In this document: positions 1 to 11,256 of the stretch, one piece after another | Position numbering within the stretch: position 1 is the stretch's first letter | How the letters are laid out: every line of letters starts with the position of its first letter | Source: Escherichia coli | Lineage (GTDB): Bacteria > Pseudomonadota > Gammaproteobacteria > Enterobacterales > Enterobacteriaceae | Strand: one strand, 5' to 3' | Assembly (NCBI RefSeq): GCF_030013205.1 | Contig: NZ_CP122648.1 | DNA length: 64,000 nucleotides | Translations under genes and position numbers: made by a program | The notes under the pieces: generated by a model | Databases searched by the model: none | What the model saw: only the letters and a program-made list of their open reading frames with translations | What the model was told of the DNA's origin: nothing

Positions 1-68
1 TAAACGTTATCCGCTTAGCACCGTAATTTTCAGGCGCGAGGGGGCGCGCCAGCATTACTATTGATAAC

Positions 69-377
69 TTACGCTGCGGGTTGTGCTGCAGGTTTTGCCG
101 GTTGCTGATGGCTGTGTTTCTTGGCGTGTTTCTTCGCTGCCTGCGCTTTTTGTTCAGGAGCTTTCTGTTCAGCTTTGGCATTTTTATGATGCTTTTTAGC
201 CGCCTGCGCTTTCTGGGCAGGTGCTGCTTTATGCTGTTTTTTATGATGTGTGGTTTTCGCCGGCGCTGCTTTGGTGGTCGTCGCAGTCGGAGCAGGTGTG
301 GTCGCAGTCTCTGCAGCAAAGGCAGCAGAAGACAGACCCATAGCAGCGGCAACAACCAGAGCTAATACTTTTTTCAT
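69..377 (-). CDS. asr: acid shock protein Asr (periplasmic, Lys/His/Ala-rich repeats)
   Basis: ORF 69..404 translation has a signal peptide then repetitive [12 protein letters not shown]-type motifs matching Asr; likely start is the internal ATG at 377 (MKKVLAL...). Confidence 0.85.
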   Translation of the reverse strand: MKKVLALVVAAAMGLSSAAFAAETATTPAPTATTTKAAPAKTTHHKKQHKAAPAQKAQAAKKHHKNAKAEQKAPEQKAQAAKKHAKKHSHQQPAKPAAQPAA

Positions 378-757
378 TGTCATACCCTCAATTTGTTTTT
401 TCATTTAACCCCACTGCGGGGCCGTTGAAATAACTATATCCCTGGGAATGGCAGACTTCCGTGAGTGGTTGGTTTCAGCGTGTAACGATATGTACAAACG
501 CTGAATAAATTACAGCGTTGATAATAACGTATTGTGACTTAAGGGAAATTTAGCTACCAATAATAGTAGTCTTGATCAGGTTAACTATTTTACTACTTAC
601 AAAGCGGTAGAATAACTGCGCATCAGTAATAAATGACACACAGCAAAATGAATCCGTTTATTTGGGTACTTATAATCCTGATGACGCTAGATGCGCTGCG
701 GGAATTGGCTGGCGCTTCGTCTATTTTAGGATGGCTATTAACGTTGGTTTGAGCAGG

Positions 758-798
758 CAATAAGTCCGGATGGGTATTTACCGCAGTCCGGACTTATT
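758..798. other. perfect 12-bp inverted repeat hairpin between ynfM 3' end and asr promoter region
   Basis: aataagtccgga ... tccggacttatt separated by 16 nt, followed by a T-run on the + strand. Confidence 0.35.
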
Positions 799-800
799 TT

Positions 801-2054
801 TCAGGCGTGCAGACGACGATGCAAACGCGTCCCGACCAGCAGAGCAATGACCAGCATCAGAGCAATAAATGCGCCGACGCCGTTCCAGCCATAGTTATGC
901 CAGAAAACACCACCCAGCGTCCCGGCAATACTCGACCCCAGATAGTAACTGAACAGATACAGCGAGGAGGCCTGGCCTTTAGCGCGTTTTGCGCGGGGGC
1001 CGATCCAGCTGCTGGCTACTGAGTGGGCTGCGAAGAATCCGGCTGAGAAGAGTAACATTCCGGCAAAGATCAGCCACAGCGAGCTAAATAAGGTCATCAG
1101 TAAACCAAACAGCATAACCCCCGTCGAAAACAACATCACCGGACCGCGCCCATAGCGGGTGGTCATGGTTCCGGCTTTGGGGGAGCTCCATGTACCGGTC
1201 AAATAGGCCAGCGATAATAAGCCAACCACGGCCTGGCTGACATGCCAGGGAGAGAGCATCAACCGATAGCCGATGTAATTAAACAGCGTGACGAACGACC
1301 CCATCAGCAAAAAGCCTTCTGCGAACAATAACGGTAATCCCCGGTCACGCCAGTGCAGACGAAAGTTGATGAATAACGTCTTAGGGCGCAGTGAAGTCGG
1401 GCGAAAATGGCGTGATTCCGGGAGGATTTTCCAGAACATCAACGCCGAGGCCAGCGCGAAACAACCGATTGCCGCCAAAGCAATTCGCCAGTTGAAAAAG
1501 TCCGTGAAGACACCGCTAATTAAGCGTCCGCTCATACCGCCAATTGAGTTGCCGCTGATATACAACCCCATCGAAAAGGCCACGAAACTGGGGTGGATTT
1601 CCTCGCTAAGATAAGTCATGCCAACAGCTGCCACGCCACTTAACGAAAGCCCAATCAAGGCGCGCATAATCAAAATGCCGTGCCAGCTGGTCATCATTGT
1701 CGAAAGTAACGTACAAATGGAGGCCAACAGTAGCGCCGTGACCATCACTGGTTTGCGACCAATGGCATCGGATAGCGGGCCAGTAAACAGCAAACCGATA
1801 GCCAACATCGCCGTTGAAATGGACAGTGAAATACTACTGTTAGCAGGCGTTAAGCCAAACTCCTGCGAAAGCACCGGAAGGATAGGTTGCACACAATAGA
1901 GAAGTGCGAAGGTTGCCAGTCCGGCAGAGAAAAGCGCCAGGGTGACACGCATAAATTGCGGCGTACCGCGTTTAATAAATTGATTTGGCTGAGAAATGCT
2001 TTGCTTGTCAGTGTCGCTTGCCGGAGCGCCATCAACAGTTGTAGTACGGCTCAC
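801..2054 (-). CDS. ynfM: MFS transporter YnfM
   Basis: 417-aa ORF, multi-TM hydrophobic profile, divergent from a LysR regulator as in K-12. Confidence 0.9.
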   Translation of the reverse strand: MSRTTTVDGAPASDTDKQSISQPNQFIKRGTPQFMRVTLALFSAGLATFALLYCVQPILPVLSQEFGLTPANSSISLSISTAMLAIGLLFTGPLSDAIGRKPVMVTALLLASICTLLSTMMTSWHGILIMRALIGLSLSGVAAVGMTYLSEEIHPSFVAFSMGLYISGNSIGGMSGRLISGVFTDFFNWRIALAAIGCFALASALMFWKILPESRHFRPTSLRPKTLFINFRLHWRDRGLPLLFAEGFLLMGSFVTLFNYIGYRLMLSPWHVSQAVVGLLSLAYLTGTWSSPKAGTMTTRYGRGPVMLFSTGVMLFGLLMTLFSSLWLIFAGMLLFSAGFFAAHSVASSWIGPRAKRAKGQASSLYLFSYYLGSSIAGTLGGVFWHNYGWNGVGAFIALMLVIALLVGTRLHRRLHA

Positions 2055-2160
2055 TTGAAATCCTTGCTAAATATGCCTGTGGATCAGGCTTATGAATAGA
2101 TTAGGAAAATCGAATTGTTCTGTCTAATATATTAATAATCTCAAATAAGATGTTTTAAAT

Positions 2161-3054
2161 ATGAATATTGAACTTCGTCATCTGCGTTACTTTGTTGCGG
2201 TTGCAGAAGAGCTGCATTTCGGGCGCGCCGCTGCCCGCCTGAATATTTCGCAACCACCGCTAAGTCAACAGATTCAGGCGCTGGAGCAACAAATTGGTGC
2301 CCGACTGCTGGCACGGACCAATCGCAGTGTATTGCTGACGGCAGCAGGAAAACAGTTTCTTGTAGATAGTCGGCAAATCCTGTCTATGGTGGATGATGCT
2401 GCCGCTCGCGCTGAAAGGCTGCATCAGGGCGAAGCGGGGGAGTTGCGCATTGGTTTTACTTCGTCCGCTCCTTTTATTCGGGCAGTGTCCGATACGTTAT
2501 CGCTGTTTCGCCGTGATTATCCCGATGTCCATTTACAAACCCGCGAAATGAACACTCGCGAGCAAATCGCTCCGCTCATTGAAGGAACGCTGGATATGGG
2601 ATTGCTGCGTAACACAGCGTTACCGGAGACGCTTGAACACGCAGTCATCGTCCATGAACCGCTTATGGCGATGATCCCGCACGATCATCCCCTGGCAAAT
2701 AACCCGAGTGTAACGCTGGCTGAACTGGCGAAAGAACCCTTTGTCTTTTTTGATCCGCACGTCGGGACAGGGCTGTATGACGATATTCTCGGGCTGATGA
2801 GACGTTACAATTTGACGCCCGTCATCACTCAGGAGGTGGGTGAGGCAATGACCATCATCGGTCTGGTTTCCGCCGGTCTGGGTGTTTCAATTTTGCCTGC
2901 GTCATTTAAACGTGTTCAGCTCAACGAAATGCGCTGGGTGCCGATTGCTGAAGAGGATGCGGTTTCTGAAATGTGGTTGGTCTGGCCGAAACATCATGAA
3001 CAAAGTCCGGCTGCGCGTAACTTTCGTATTCATCTGCTGAATGCTCTCAGGTGA
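2161..3054 (+). CDS. ynfL: LysR-family transcriptional regulator YnfL
   Basis: 297-aa ORF with N-terminal LysR HTH (MNIELRHLRYFVAVAEELHFGRAA). Confidence 0.9.
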   Translation: MNIELRHLRYFVAVAEELHFGRAAARLNISQPPLSQQIQALEQQIGARLLARTNRSVLLTAAGKQFLVDSRQILSMVDDAAARAERLHQGEAGELRIGFTSSAPFIRAVSDTLSLFRRDYPDVHLQTREMNTREQIAPLIEGTLDMGLLRNTALPETLEHAVIVHEPLMAMIPHDHPLANNPSVTLAELAKEPFVFFDPHVGTGLYDDILGLMRRYNLTPVITQEVGEAMTIIGLVSAGLGVSILPASFKRVQLNEMRWVPIAEEDAVSEMWLVWPKHHEQSPAARNFRIHLLNALR

Positions 3055-3188
3055 GGGAAATTTCAGCGAAAAAGCCCGAAAAATGTGCTGTTAATCACAT
3101 GCCTAAGTAAAAATTTGACGACACGTATTGAAGTGCTTCACCATAGCCTACAGATTATTTCGGAGCGCGAAAATATAGGGAGTATGCG

Positions 3189-4409
3189 GTGGTTGCTGAA
3201 AATCAGCCTGGGCACATTGATCAAATAAAGCAGACCAACGCGGGCGCGGTTTATCGCCTGATTGATCAGCTTGGTCCAGTCTCGCGTATCGATCTTTCCC
3301 GTCTGGCGCAGCTGGCTCCTGCCAGTATCACTAAAATTGTCCGTGAGATGCTCGAAGCACACCTGGTGCAAGAGCTGGAAATCAAAGAAGCGGGGAACCG
3401 TGGCCGTCCGGCAGTGGGGCTGGTGGTTGAAACTGAAGCCTGGCACTATCTTTCTCTGCGCATTAGTCGCGGGGAGATTTTCCTTGCTCTGCGCGATCTG
3501 AGCAGCAAACTGGTGGTGGAGGAGGCGCAGGAACTGGCGTTAAAAGATGACTCACCATTGCTGGATCGTATCATTTCCCATATCGATCAGTTTTTTATCC
3601 GCCACCAGAAAAAACTTGAGCGTCTGACTTCGATTGCCATTACCTTGCCGGGAATTATTGATACGGAAAATGGTATTGTACATCGCATGCCGTTCTACGA
3701 GGATGTAAAAGAGATGCCGCTCGGCGAGGCGCTGGAGCAGCATACCGGCGTACCGGTTTATATTCAGCATGATATCAGCGCATGGACGATGGCTGAGGCC
3801 TTGTTTGGTGCCTCACGCGGGGCGCGCGATGTGATTCAGGTGGTTATCGATCACAACGTGGGGGCGGGCGTCATTACCGATGGTCATCTGCTACACGCAG
3901 GCAGCAGTAGCCTCGTGGAAATAGGTCACACGCAGGTCGACCCGTATGGGAAACGCTGTTATTGCGGGAATCACGGCTGCCTCGAAACCATCGCCAGTGT
4001 GGACAGTATTCTTGAGCTGGCACAGCTGCGTCTCAATCAATCCATGAGCTCGATGTTACATGGACAACCGTTAACCGTGGACTCATTGTGTCAGGCGGCA
4101 TTGCGCGGCGATCTGCTGGCAAAAGACATCATTACCGGGGTGGGCGCGCATGTAGGGCGCATTCTTGCCATCATGGTGAATTTATTTAACCCACAAAAAA
4201 TACTGATTGGCTCACCGTTAAGTAAAGCGGCAGATATCCTCTTCCCGGTCATCTCAGATAGCATCCGTCAGCAGGCCCTTCCTGCGTATAGTCAGCACAT
4301 TAGCGTTGAGAGTACTCAGTTTTCTAACCAGGGCACGATGGCAGGGGCTGCGCTGGTAAAAGACGCGATGTATAACGGTTCTTTGTTGATTCGTCTGTTG
4401 CAGGGTTAA
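3189..4409 (+). CDS. mlc: ROK-family global repressor Mlc (DgsA)
   Basis: 406-aa ORF; GTG start at 3189; ROK sugar-kinase-like fold with Zn-binding CxCGxxGC motif (CYCGNHGC). Confidence 0.9.
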   Translation: MVAENQPGHIDQIKQTNAGAVYRLIDQLGPVSRIDLSRLAQLAPASITKIVREMLEAHLVQELEIKEAGNRGRPAVGLVVETEAWHYLSLRISRGEIFLALRDLSSKLVVEEAQELALKDDSPLLDRIISHIDQFFIRHQKKLERLTSIAITLPGIIDTENGIVHRMPFYEDVKEMPLGEALEQHTGVPVYIQHDISAWTMAEALFGASRGARDVIQVVIDHNVGAGVITDGHLLHAGSSSLVEIGHTQVDPYGKRCYCGNHGCLETIASVDSILELAQLRLNQSMSSMLHGQPLTVDSLCQAALRGDLLAKDIITGVGAHVGRILAIMVNLFNPQKILIGSPLSKAADILFPVISDSIRQQALPAYSQHISVESTQFSNQGTMAGAALVKDAMYNGSLLIRLLQG

Positions 4410-4533
4410 CATTTTTTAACTGTTCTACCAAAATTTGCGCTATCTCAATTTGGGCCAGGAAAGCATAACTTAGACTTTCAAGGTTAATTATTTTCCTGGT
4501 TTATATTTGTGAAGCATAACGGTGGAGTTAGTG

Positions 4534-5229
4534 ATGCTGAAGCGTTTCTTTATTACCGGTACAGACACTTCTGTAGGGAAAACGGTGGTTTCCCGCGCAT
4601 TGCTACAAGCGTTAGCCTCCCAGGGAAAAACGGTTGCGGGATATAAACCCGTAGCGAAGGGGAGCAAAGAGACACCCGAAGGGCTGCGTAATAAAGATGC
4701 CCTGGTGTTGCAGAGTGTTTCAACCATCGAACTGCCTTATGAAGCAGTTAATCCTATCGCGTTAAGCGAAGAAGAAAGTAGCGTGGCGCACAGTTGCCCA
4801 ATCAATTACACCCTCATTTCAAACGGCCTGGCAAACCTGACCGATAAAGTCGATCATGTGGTGGTAGAAGGGACTGGCGGCTGGCGCAGTCTGATGAATG
4901 ATTTGCGTCCGCTCTCTGAATGGGTGGTGCAGGAACAACTGCCGGTGTTGATGGTTGTCGGTATTCAGGAAGGTTGCATTAACCATGCACTGCTAACAGC
5001 TCAGGCGATCGCCAACGACGGGCTACCGCTCATTGGCTGGGTGGCTAACCGAATCAATCCAGGACTGGCGCATTATGCGGAAATCATTGATGTGCTGGGT
5101 AAAAAACTTCCGGCACCGCTCATTGGTGAACTGCCTTATCTGCCGCGCGCCGAACAGCGTGAACTGGGGCAATACATCCGCTTAGCTATGCTGCGCAGTG
5201 TGCTGGCGGTAGATAGAGTCACGGTGTAA
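4534..5229 (+). CDS. ynfK: dethiobiotin synthetase paralogue YnfK
   Basis: P-loop GTDTSVGKT near N-terminus; ATG at 4534 inside longer ORF 4522..5229; convergent 48-nt overlap with clcB. Confidence 0.85.
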   Translation: MLKRFFITGTDTSVGKTVVSRALLQALASQGKTVAGYKPVAKGSKETPEGLRNKDALVLQSVSTIELPYEAVNPIALSEEESSVAHSCPINYTLISNGLANLTDKVDHVVVEGTGGWRSLMNDLRPLSEWVVQEQLPVLMVVGIQEGCINHALLTAQAIANDGLPLIGWVANRINPGLAHYAEIIDVLGKKLPAPLIGELPYLPRAEQRELGQYIRLAMLRSVLAVDRVTV

Positions 5230-6438
5230 AGTCCGCGAAATTACCGACGCAATTACGCAGGCAATCAATAAACCGGGGAGTAGCTGATACTCCCCGGTCA
5301 TTTCACATATCATCAACGTCGACATAATCGGCGCGTGCGTGGTTGCCGCCAACAGTGTCGCCATCCCGGTCAATCCGAGTAAAAGCGTAATTTCTTCGCC
5401 ATCAGGGAACCATAATCCCAGGCTACGACCATACAACATGCCAATGGCAAGACCGATAAATAGCGTCGGTGTAAAGACACCACCGGGCGCGCCAGAACCA
5501 CTACTCGCCAGCACGGCAAACAGTTTACAGAGGAAGATCCCGGCAATGATCATTAACAGTGGCGGGGCGGTTAAAAAGGATTGTACGGTGCTATAGCCGT
5601 TGCCCCACACTGCAGGTGTGAACAGGGAAAGCAGACCCACGATCAACCCGCCCAGTGCCAGTTGCCAGGGCGGCGCAAGTTTGAGACTTACAAATCCACG
5701 ATGACAGGCGTTCATTAACGTTAACAACAGTGGTCCGCACAGACCTGCCAGCACACCTGTACTGATAATCAGCGCATAGTCACGAGCCTGAACCGTCACT
5801 GAGAGTTGTACGCTGTAGAGTAACGCGTCGCTATGATTAATCAGATTGCTAACCAGCAACGCCACGACGGCGGAAATAATCACCGGGCCGAGAGAGGCCA
5901 ACATCATAGTGCCAAACAGCACTTCGGCTATAAATAAACTGCCAGCAAGCGGGGCGCGATAGGCCGCAGCCATTCCCGCCGCAGCTCCACAGGCGATCCA
6001 TAATTTCCACTCCTGGCGTGGCGTAAAACGTTGGACAAAACAGGAGGCGGCAAGGGCAGCTAAAAGAATCATCGCACCTTCGCGACCAATTGCACTGCCG
6101 CTGGTTACTACCAGCAGAGAGGCAAGCGATTTAACCAGGCTTGCTGCGTAATCAAACTGCCCATCGGTTTGCAACGCTTCCATGTAATCGGTCGGCGCAT
6201 GAGGGCGTTGCTGGGTAAATTTCTGCCAGCCCATCAGCAACAAACCCGCCGCCAGTCCGCCGAGCGCCGGAGTTAGCAGCCGTCGCCACGGGGAAAGATT
6301 TGTCGCTGCATTGACCAGACTGCCCGAGTCATTATTGAGGAACAACCACTCCAGTAGCAGCATTGCATGACGAAACCCGGCAACGGCAAAGGCCGCGAGA
6401 ATACCGACGACTGTTGCGATAAGCAGACGGCGGAACAT
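5182..6438 (-). CDS. clcB: ClC-type voltage-gated chloride channel ClcB
   Basis: ORF 5182..6498; probable start at internal Met ([12 protein letters not shown]...) giving 418 aa; polytopic membrane protein with GSGIP/GxFxP-like ClC motifs. Confidence 0.85.
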   Translation of the reverse strand: MFRRLLIATVVGILAAFAVAGFRHAMLLLEWLFLNNDSGSLVNAATNLSPWRRLLTPALGGLAAGLLLMGWQKFTQQRPHAPTDYMEALQTDGQFDYAASLVKSLASLLVVTSGSAIGREGAMILLAALAASCFVQRFTPRQEWKLWIACGAAAGMAAAYRAPLAGSLFIAEVLFGTMMLASLGPVIISAVVALLVSNLINHSDALLYSVQLSVTVQARDYALIISTGVLAGLCGPLLLTLMNACHRGFVSLKLAPPWQLALGGLIVGLLSLFTPAVWGNGYSTVQSFLTAPPLLMIIAGIFLCKLFAVLASSGSGAPGGVFTPTLFIGLAIGMLYGRSLGLWFPDGEEITLLLGLTGMATLLAATTHAPIMSTLMICEMTGEYQLLPGLLIACVIASVISRTLHRDSIYRQHTAQHS

Positions 6439-6631
6439 AGTGCGCAGATCCGGATAGATGTGTAGATGATGCATGAGCAGAAATGGGCAATGAAACACGG
6501 GCGACTATTTTGCGGCAAAAGAAGCCAGACGCAAAAGCAGTGCGTGCTTTAAGAGATAAAAAACGTGACACTGTAACGTATTATTGCCGAATTGCGCGTA
6601 ATCGTCACCATCCGGCAATATTACGGTGATC

Positions 6632-7246
6632 CTATCGAAACAGCGATTTAACCGCGACAGGAATTAACAGTTGTGATTGCCATTGCGCCAGCGTTAAGCG
6701 AGCCAGTTCACCCAGTGCACGGTAGAAAGGGTGTTCTGCTTTTTCGATAAAAACGTCAAGAAATCGTGTTGACCACGGAAAAAGGTGCCATGCCAGCAAT
6801 TCTTCGCATTCTGTCTGGCGACCATTCTCCGCCAACCACGCAGCCATCAACAGCAGTGAACCAAAATGATCTTCCGGTTCGTTTTGCTGCATTTCAAACT
6901 GAATGCCTTTCTCGCGCATCCACTGACGAAGTGCCAATGTTGAATCGCCAAACAGCACAGATTCGCGATCCAGCCAGACCGACCCCCACGGCGGTGATGG
7001 CAGAGCCCACGGACCGACAAACAAACGCTGCCAGGCCTGGGCGCGAGTCTCTTCACTCTGTGCCTGAAAAGCCGTCACCAGCGGCGCTAATGACGCTTCT
7101 GGTAGAGGCCACTGAGTTTCCCAGCCGTCACGGGTGAGTACCGCAACCAGAGGTGCGGCTTCCGCACTCTCTGGAGCGTAATAAAACAGCGCGCCCAACA
7201 CGCGCGCCGCGACAGAAAAATTATCTTGCTGTGAAAAATGGGTCAT
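6632..7246 (-). CDS. dmsD: Tat proofreading chaperone DmsD
   Basis: ORF 6632..7255; start at MTHFSQQDNFSVAARVLGALFYY; last gene of ynfEFGH-dmsD operon. Confidence 0.9.
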   Translation of the reverse strand: MTHFSQQDNFSVAARVLGALFYYAPESAEAAPLVAVLTRDGWETQWPLPEASLAPLVTAFQAQSEETRAQAWQRLFVGPWALPSPPWGSVWLDRESVLFGDSTLALRQWMREKGIQFEMQQNEPEDHFGSLLLMAAWLAENGRQTECEELLAWHLFPWSTRFLDVFIEKAEHPFYRALGELARLTLAQWQSQLLIPVAVKSLFR

Positions 7247-7288
7247 TCCTAACATCCTGAAATGTGCGGGGTGCCCCGCACCAATTTG

Positions 7289-8143
7289 TTAACCTGCAAT
7301 AGCCATTCCTACCGTCATGTGCAGGCCATAAAAGAGCACACGCCCGATCATCTCACCGCCAAGTATGAGGATTAGCCCCAGAATAAGTCCGGCAACGTGA
7401 GGTTCACGGCGACGAATGAGCGGACAAAGCCAGCATCCTAGACCTGTGCATAACAATACCACACGCCAGACCTGTAAGGAGGCGTAATCTGGTACCAGTG
7501 CGCTGGCTTGTTGTACGGATGAGTGAATAGACGCCAGAGACAAACCTTGCAGCACAATCACCCCGGCACAAGCGATCAGCGCCAGAACGCTAATGATGGC
7601 AAATGTTGTGGTATTAAATGTAACGCGGGCTGCCCGCAGAATTGTGGCAGCAAGTATTGGACCGCTCAACAATACTGTCAGGAAGAAAGCCAGCGTAGTG
7701 TAACCGTTATACCAGGTTGGCACTGTGTCGATTTGATACACGCAGGTCATCATCCAGACGAAAATGACGCCGAGCGCCATGCTGACAAGTAACCAGAGTT
7801 TCCCCAACGCTTGCGGCATTTTACCGATGACCGCCACCAGCCACCATAATCCGCCAACGGCAAAAAATATGGAACCGGCAGCAATCTCGTTACTCAGACC
7901 AGAAGCTCCGATTCGATTCAGCGAGTTAAACGCCCGCAGTGGGGATCCCAGGTGCATGACAGAGGCAATAAACCCGATGCCCATCAACAGCCAGAGGAAA
8001 AACATGCCACGAACAATGTGCTGACGGTCTGCGTCATTTTTGGCGGCGAACCAGCCAATTCCGCTAACAATCAGCGCGCCTACTACGCATTGACCCAATA
8101 CGGTAAAGATAACCAGTGGCCATTCATGCCATCCATTTCCCAT
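7289..8143 (-). CDS. ynfH: DMSO-reductase-type membrane anchor subunit YnfH (DmsC paralogue)
   Basis: ORF 7289..8383 but real start is the ATG at 8141-8143 (MGNGWHEWPLVIF...), 284 aa, 8 TM-like segments; 1 nt after ynfG stop region. Confidence 0.85.
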   Translation of the reverse strand: MGNGWHEWPLVIFTVLGQCVVGALIVSGIGWFAAKNDADRQHIVRGMFFLWLLMGIGFIASVMHLGSPLRAFNSLNRIGASGLSNEIAAGSIFFAVGGLWWLVAVIGKMPQALGKLWLLVSMALGVIFVWMMTCVYQIDTVPTWYNGYTTLAFFLTVLLSGPILAATILRAARVTFNTTTFAIISVLALIACAGVIVLQGLSLASIHSSVQQASALVPDYASLQVWRVVLLCTGLGCWLCPLIRRREPHVAGLILGLILILGGEMIGRVLFYGLHMTVGMAIAG

Positions 8144-8144
8144 T

Positions 8145-8762
8145 TTACACTTCCTCCGGATTAGCCAGATAACCAGTGGTATCGCCGGTTGGGCGGCTGT
8201 TGGCGTTAGGTTTGATAACGATATTGGGTTTTGTGAAATGCGCGCGCGGCAGTGGCGCGACGGCAGCCAGAGTGCCGTGCTTCTGGCGCAGCTCTTCAAT
8301 TGGACCGAACTCAAGTGCACGCAGCGGGCAGGATTCGACACATATGGGTTGTTTCCCCTCGGCGACGCGCGAATAACAACCATCGCACTTCGTCATGTGC
8401 CCTTTTTCAGCATTGTACTGTGGCGCGCCGTACGGACAAGCCATGTGGCAGTAGCGGCAGCCGATACAAACATCTTCATCAACCACCACAAAGCCATCTT
8501 CACGCTTATGCATTGCGCCGCTGGGGCAGACTTTTGTACATGCGGGGTCATCGCAATGGTTACAGGAGATGGAGAGATAATAAGCGAACACGTTCTGGTG
8601 CCAGACGCCATTATCTTCCTGCCAGTCGCCGCCAGCATATTCATAAATACGGCGGAAACTGACTTCCGGGCCAAGATCTTTAAAATCTTTGCACGCCAGT
8701 TCGCAGGTTTTACAGCCAGTACAGCGGCTGGAATCGATAAAAAATCCATATTGTGTGGTCAT
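8145..8762 (-). CDS. ynfG: 4Fe-4S ferredoxin-type electron-transfer subunit YnfG (DmsB paralogue)
   Basis: 205-aa ORF with four CxxCxxCxxxCP-type cysteine clusters. Confidence 0.9.
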   Translation of the reverse strand: MTTQYGFFIDSSRCTGCKTCELACKDFKDLGPEVSFRRIYEYAGGDWQEDNGVWHQNVFAYYLSISCNHCDDPACTKVCPSGAMHKREDGFVVVDEDVCIGCRYCHMACPYGAPQYNAEKGHMTKCDGCYSRVAEGKQPICVESCPLRALEFGPIEELRQKHGTLAAVAPLPRAHFTKPNIVIKPNANSRPTGDTTGYLANPEEV

Positions 8763-8772
8763 GGGCTACTCC

Positions 8773-11199
8773 TTAAACCTTTTCGATCTGGACAAGATTG
8801 CTGTGCGACGGGTTTCCCTTTGCCAGCGGTGAAGGGCGGTGAGAGGTCAGAATATTGATACTGCCGCCGTGATCGACCCGGTCACCAAACATATCCGCTT
8901 TAAGCCACGCACCTTGCCCGATGGCGGTAACGCCAGGCAGAATACGCGGAGTCACTTTTGCGGCAATCAGCATTTCTCCATTATTGTTAAATACCCGCAC
9001 GGTATCGCCATGACGGATACCGCGTGCCTGAGCATCAATAGGGTTGATCCACACCTCTTGTGGGCAGGCCTGCTGTAACACATCAATATTGCCGTAGCTG
9101 GAGTGGGTACGCGCTTTGTAGTGGAAGCCCGTTAGCTGCAGTGGATAGGTTTTCCGCAGGGGATCGTCCCAGCCATCAAAACCTGGGGTATACGCAGGAA
9201 GGGGATGAATAATTTCATCTTTTTTCAATTCCCAGGTATCCGCAATCGTCGCCAGTCGTTCAGAATAAATTTCGATTTTCCCCGAAGGTGTTTTCAACGG
9301 GTTTGCCTGTGGATCTTCACGGAATGCGCGGAAAGCGACGTAGTGTTCTTCCGGGCATTTTTTCTTAAAGATCCCGGTCGTTTTCATCTCCTCGTAGTCG
9401 GGCATCTCAGGGTTACGTTCCTTCGTTTTCGCATGGAGATATTTGATCCATTCGTGCTGACTGCGGCCTTCAGTAAAGGTTTGATAAACGTCTGGTCCTA
9501 AGCGTTTGGCGACTTCGCTCAGCATCCAGTAGATGGGTTTGCGTTCAAATTTTGCTGAGGTTGCGGGTTGGGCGAGGATCACATAGCCCATATTCCCGGC
9601 AGATTCATGAGAGATAAGGTCTTCTTGCTCTGTTGGCATCAGGTCGGGCAACAGGATATCGCAATACTTAGCCGAGGCAGTCATGAAGTGGTCAATGCCA
9701 ACAATCATCTCGCACTTGCTGTCATCCTGAAGCACCTCATGGGTGTGATTGATGTCGCCATGTTGATTGATCAATGTGTTACTGGCGTAGCACCATAAAA
9801 ACTTGATGGGGACATCCAGTTTTTCTTTTCCACGAACACCATCACGGGTCGCGGTCATTTCCGTACCGTGGTCGATGGCATCTGTCCATGTAAAGACGGA
9901 AATCTGCGTTTTAACAGGATTCTCGAGCATCGGGAACCATTCTACCCCCAGATCCCAGCTACCTTCGCGTACACCTGAGTTGCCGCCGTTTATGCCGACG
10001 TTACCGGTGAGAACGGAAAGCATGGCAATAGCGCGGGACGTTTGTTCGCCGTTGGAGTGTCGTTGTGGCCCCCAACCCTGACAAATATAAGCAGGTTTTG
10101 CTGAACCGATCTCTCGTGCCAACTGGATAATTTTTTCTGCCGGGATGCTGGTGATTTTTGCTGCCCATTCCGGCGTTTTAGCTATGCCGTCAGGCCCTTC
10201 GCCCAGAATATAGGCTTTATAATGCGCGTTACGTGGTGCGTTGGCGGGCAGCGTTTTTTCATCGTAACCAACACAATATTTGTCGAGAAATGGCTGATCG
10301 ACCATGTTTTCAGTAATCAGTACCCAGGCAATCGCACAGGCCAGTGCGCCATCGGTGCCTGGGCGAATTGGCAGCCATTCATCTTCACGCCCGGCAGCAG
10401 TGTCGTTATAACGTGGATCGATGACGATCATGCGTGCGTTTGAACGTTCTCGGGCTTGCTCGACGTAGTAAGTGACACCACCGCCGCTCATCCGGGTTTC
10501 TGCCGGGTTATTTCCGAACATAACGACCAGTTTCGTATTGGCTATATCATCCGGGCTGTTGCCATCATTGGCACCGAACATATAACTCATTGCGGCACTG
10601 ATTTGAGCGGTACTGTAGCTGCCATAGCGACTGAGAAAACCACCGCAAGAGTTCATCAGACGGTACGGGACGTTCGAGTTGGTGATGTTTCCGCCATCTA
10701 CGCCTGTTCCGTACAGGACATGTACAGCCTCATTGCCGTATTCTTTCAGGATCCGCCGAAGATTATCACTGATGGTATCCAGGGCTTCATCCCAACTTAT
10801 CCGTTCAAATTTACCTTCACCGCGCTTGCCGACGCGCTTCATGGGATATTTCAACCTATCAGGATGATTCATCCGTCGGCGGATAGAGCGCCCGCGTAAA
10901 CACGCTCGAACCTGATGATTACCGTAGACGTCGTCACCTGTCGTATCAGACTCCACCCAGTACACGGTGTCATCTTTCACATGCAAACGTAACAGACAGC
11001 GGCTCCCGCAGTTAACGGTGCAGGAACTCCAGACCGCTTTCTCTTCTACCGGTGCCTCTGCCGCTCGGACCATTTGGGAAAATGGCAGAGTGAAAGCACT
11101 GCTTGCCAGCGCGAGACTGCCAAGTGCGGAGGTTTTCATCAGACTTCTACGGCTGATTTCAGCCTTCATGAGCGCCTCTGTGGTATGGATTTTCATCAT
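8773..11199 (-). CDS. ynfF: molybdopterin oxidoreductase catalytic subunit YnfF (DmsA paralogue, Tat signal)
   Basis: ~807-aa ORF with twin-arginine signal (SRRSLMKTSALG) and N-terminal Cys cluster; tandem paralogue of ynfE. Confidence 0.9.
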   Translation of the reverse strand: MMKIHTTEALMKAEISRRSLMKTSALGSLALASSAFTLPFSQMVRAAEAPVEEKAVWSSCTVNCGSRCLLRLHVKDDTVYWVESDTTGDDVYGNHQVRACLRGRSIRRRMNHPDRLKYPMKRVGKRGEGKFERISWDEALDTISDNLRRILKEYGNEAVHVLYGTGVDGGNITNSNVPYRLMNSCGGFLSRYGSYSTAQISAAMSYMFGANDGNSPDDIANTKLVVMFGNNPAETRMSGGGVTYYVEQARERSNARMIVIDPRYNDTAAGREDEWLPIRPGTDGALACAIAWVLITENMVDQPFLDKYCVGYDEKTLPANAPRNAHYKAYILGEGPDGIAKTPEWAAKITSIPAEKIIQLAREIGSAKPAYICQGWGPQRHSNGEQTSRAIAMLSVLTGNVGINGGNSGVREGSWDLGVEWFPMLENPVKTQISVFTWTDAIDHGTEMTATRDGVRGKEKLDVPIKFLWCYASNTLINQHGDINHTHEVLQDDSKCEMIVGIDHFMTASAKYCDILLPDLMPTEQEDLISHESAGNMGYVILAQPATSAKFERKPIYWMLSEVAKRLGPDVYQTFTEGRSQHEWIKYLHAKTKERNPEMPDYEEMKTTGIFKKKCPEEHYVAFRAFREDPQANPLKTPSGKIEIYSERLATIADTWELKKDEIIHPLPAYTPGFDGWDDPLRKTYPLQLTGFHYKARTHSSYGNIDVLQQACPQEVWINPIDAQARGIRHGDTVRVFNNNGEMLIAAKVTPRILPGVTAIGQGAWLKADMFGDRVDHGGSINILTSHRPSPLAKGNPSHSNLVQIEKV

Positions 11200-11256
11200 T
11201 ACTCACTTATTGCTTTTCAAACAAAATGTCATGCCAGAATTTATGGTTGTAGAGGG

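Noticed and set aside
81-365. 94-aa + strand ORF antisense to asr
   Set aside because: Lies entirely inside the recognisable asr coding sequence on the opposite strand; Cys/Arg/Phe-rich translation is typical of antisense reading of a Lys/Ala-rich gene.
1288-2099. Several 60-110-aa + strand ORFs overlapping ynfM
   Set aside because: All are antisense to a well-supported 417-aa transporter gene and have no start-site or motif support.
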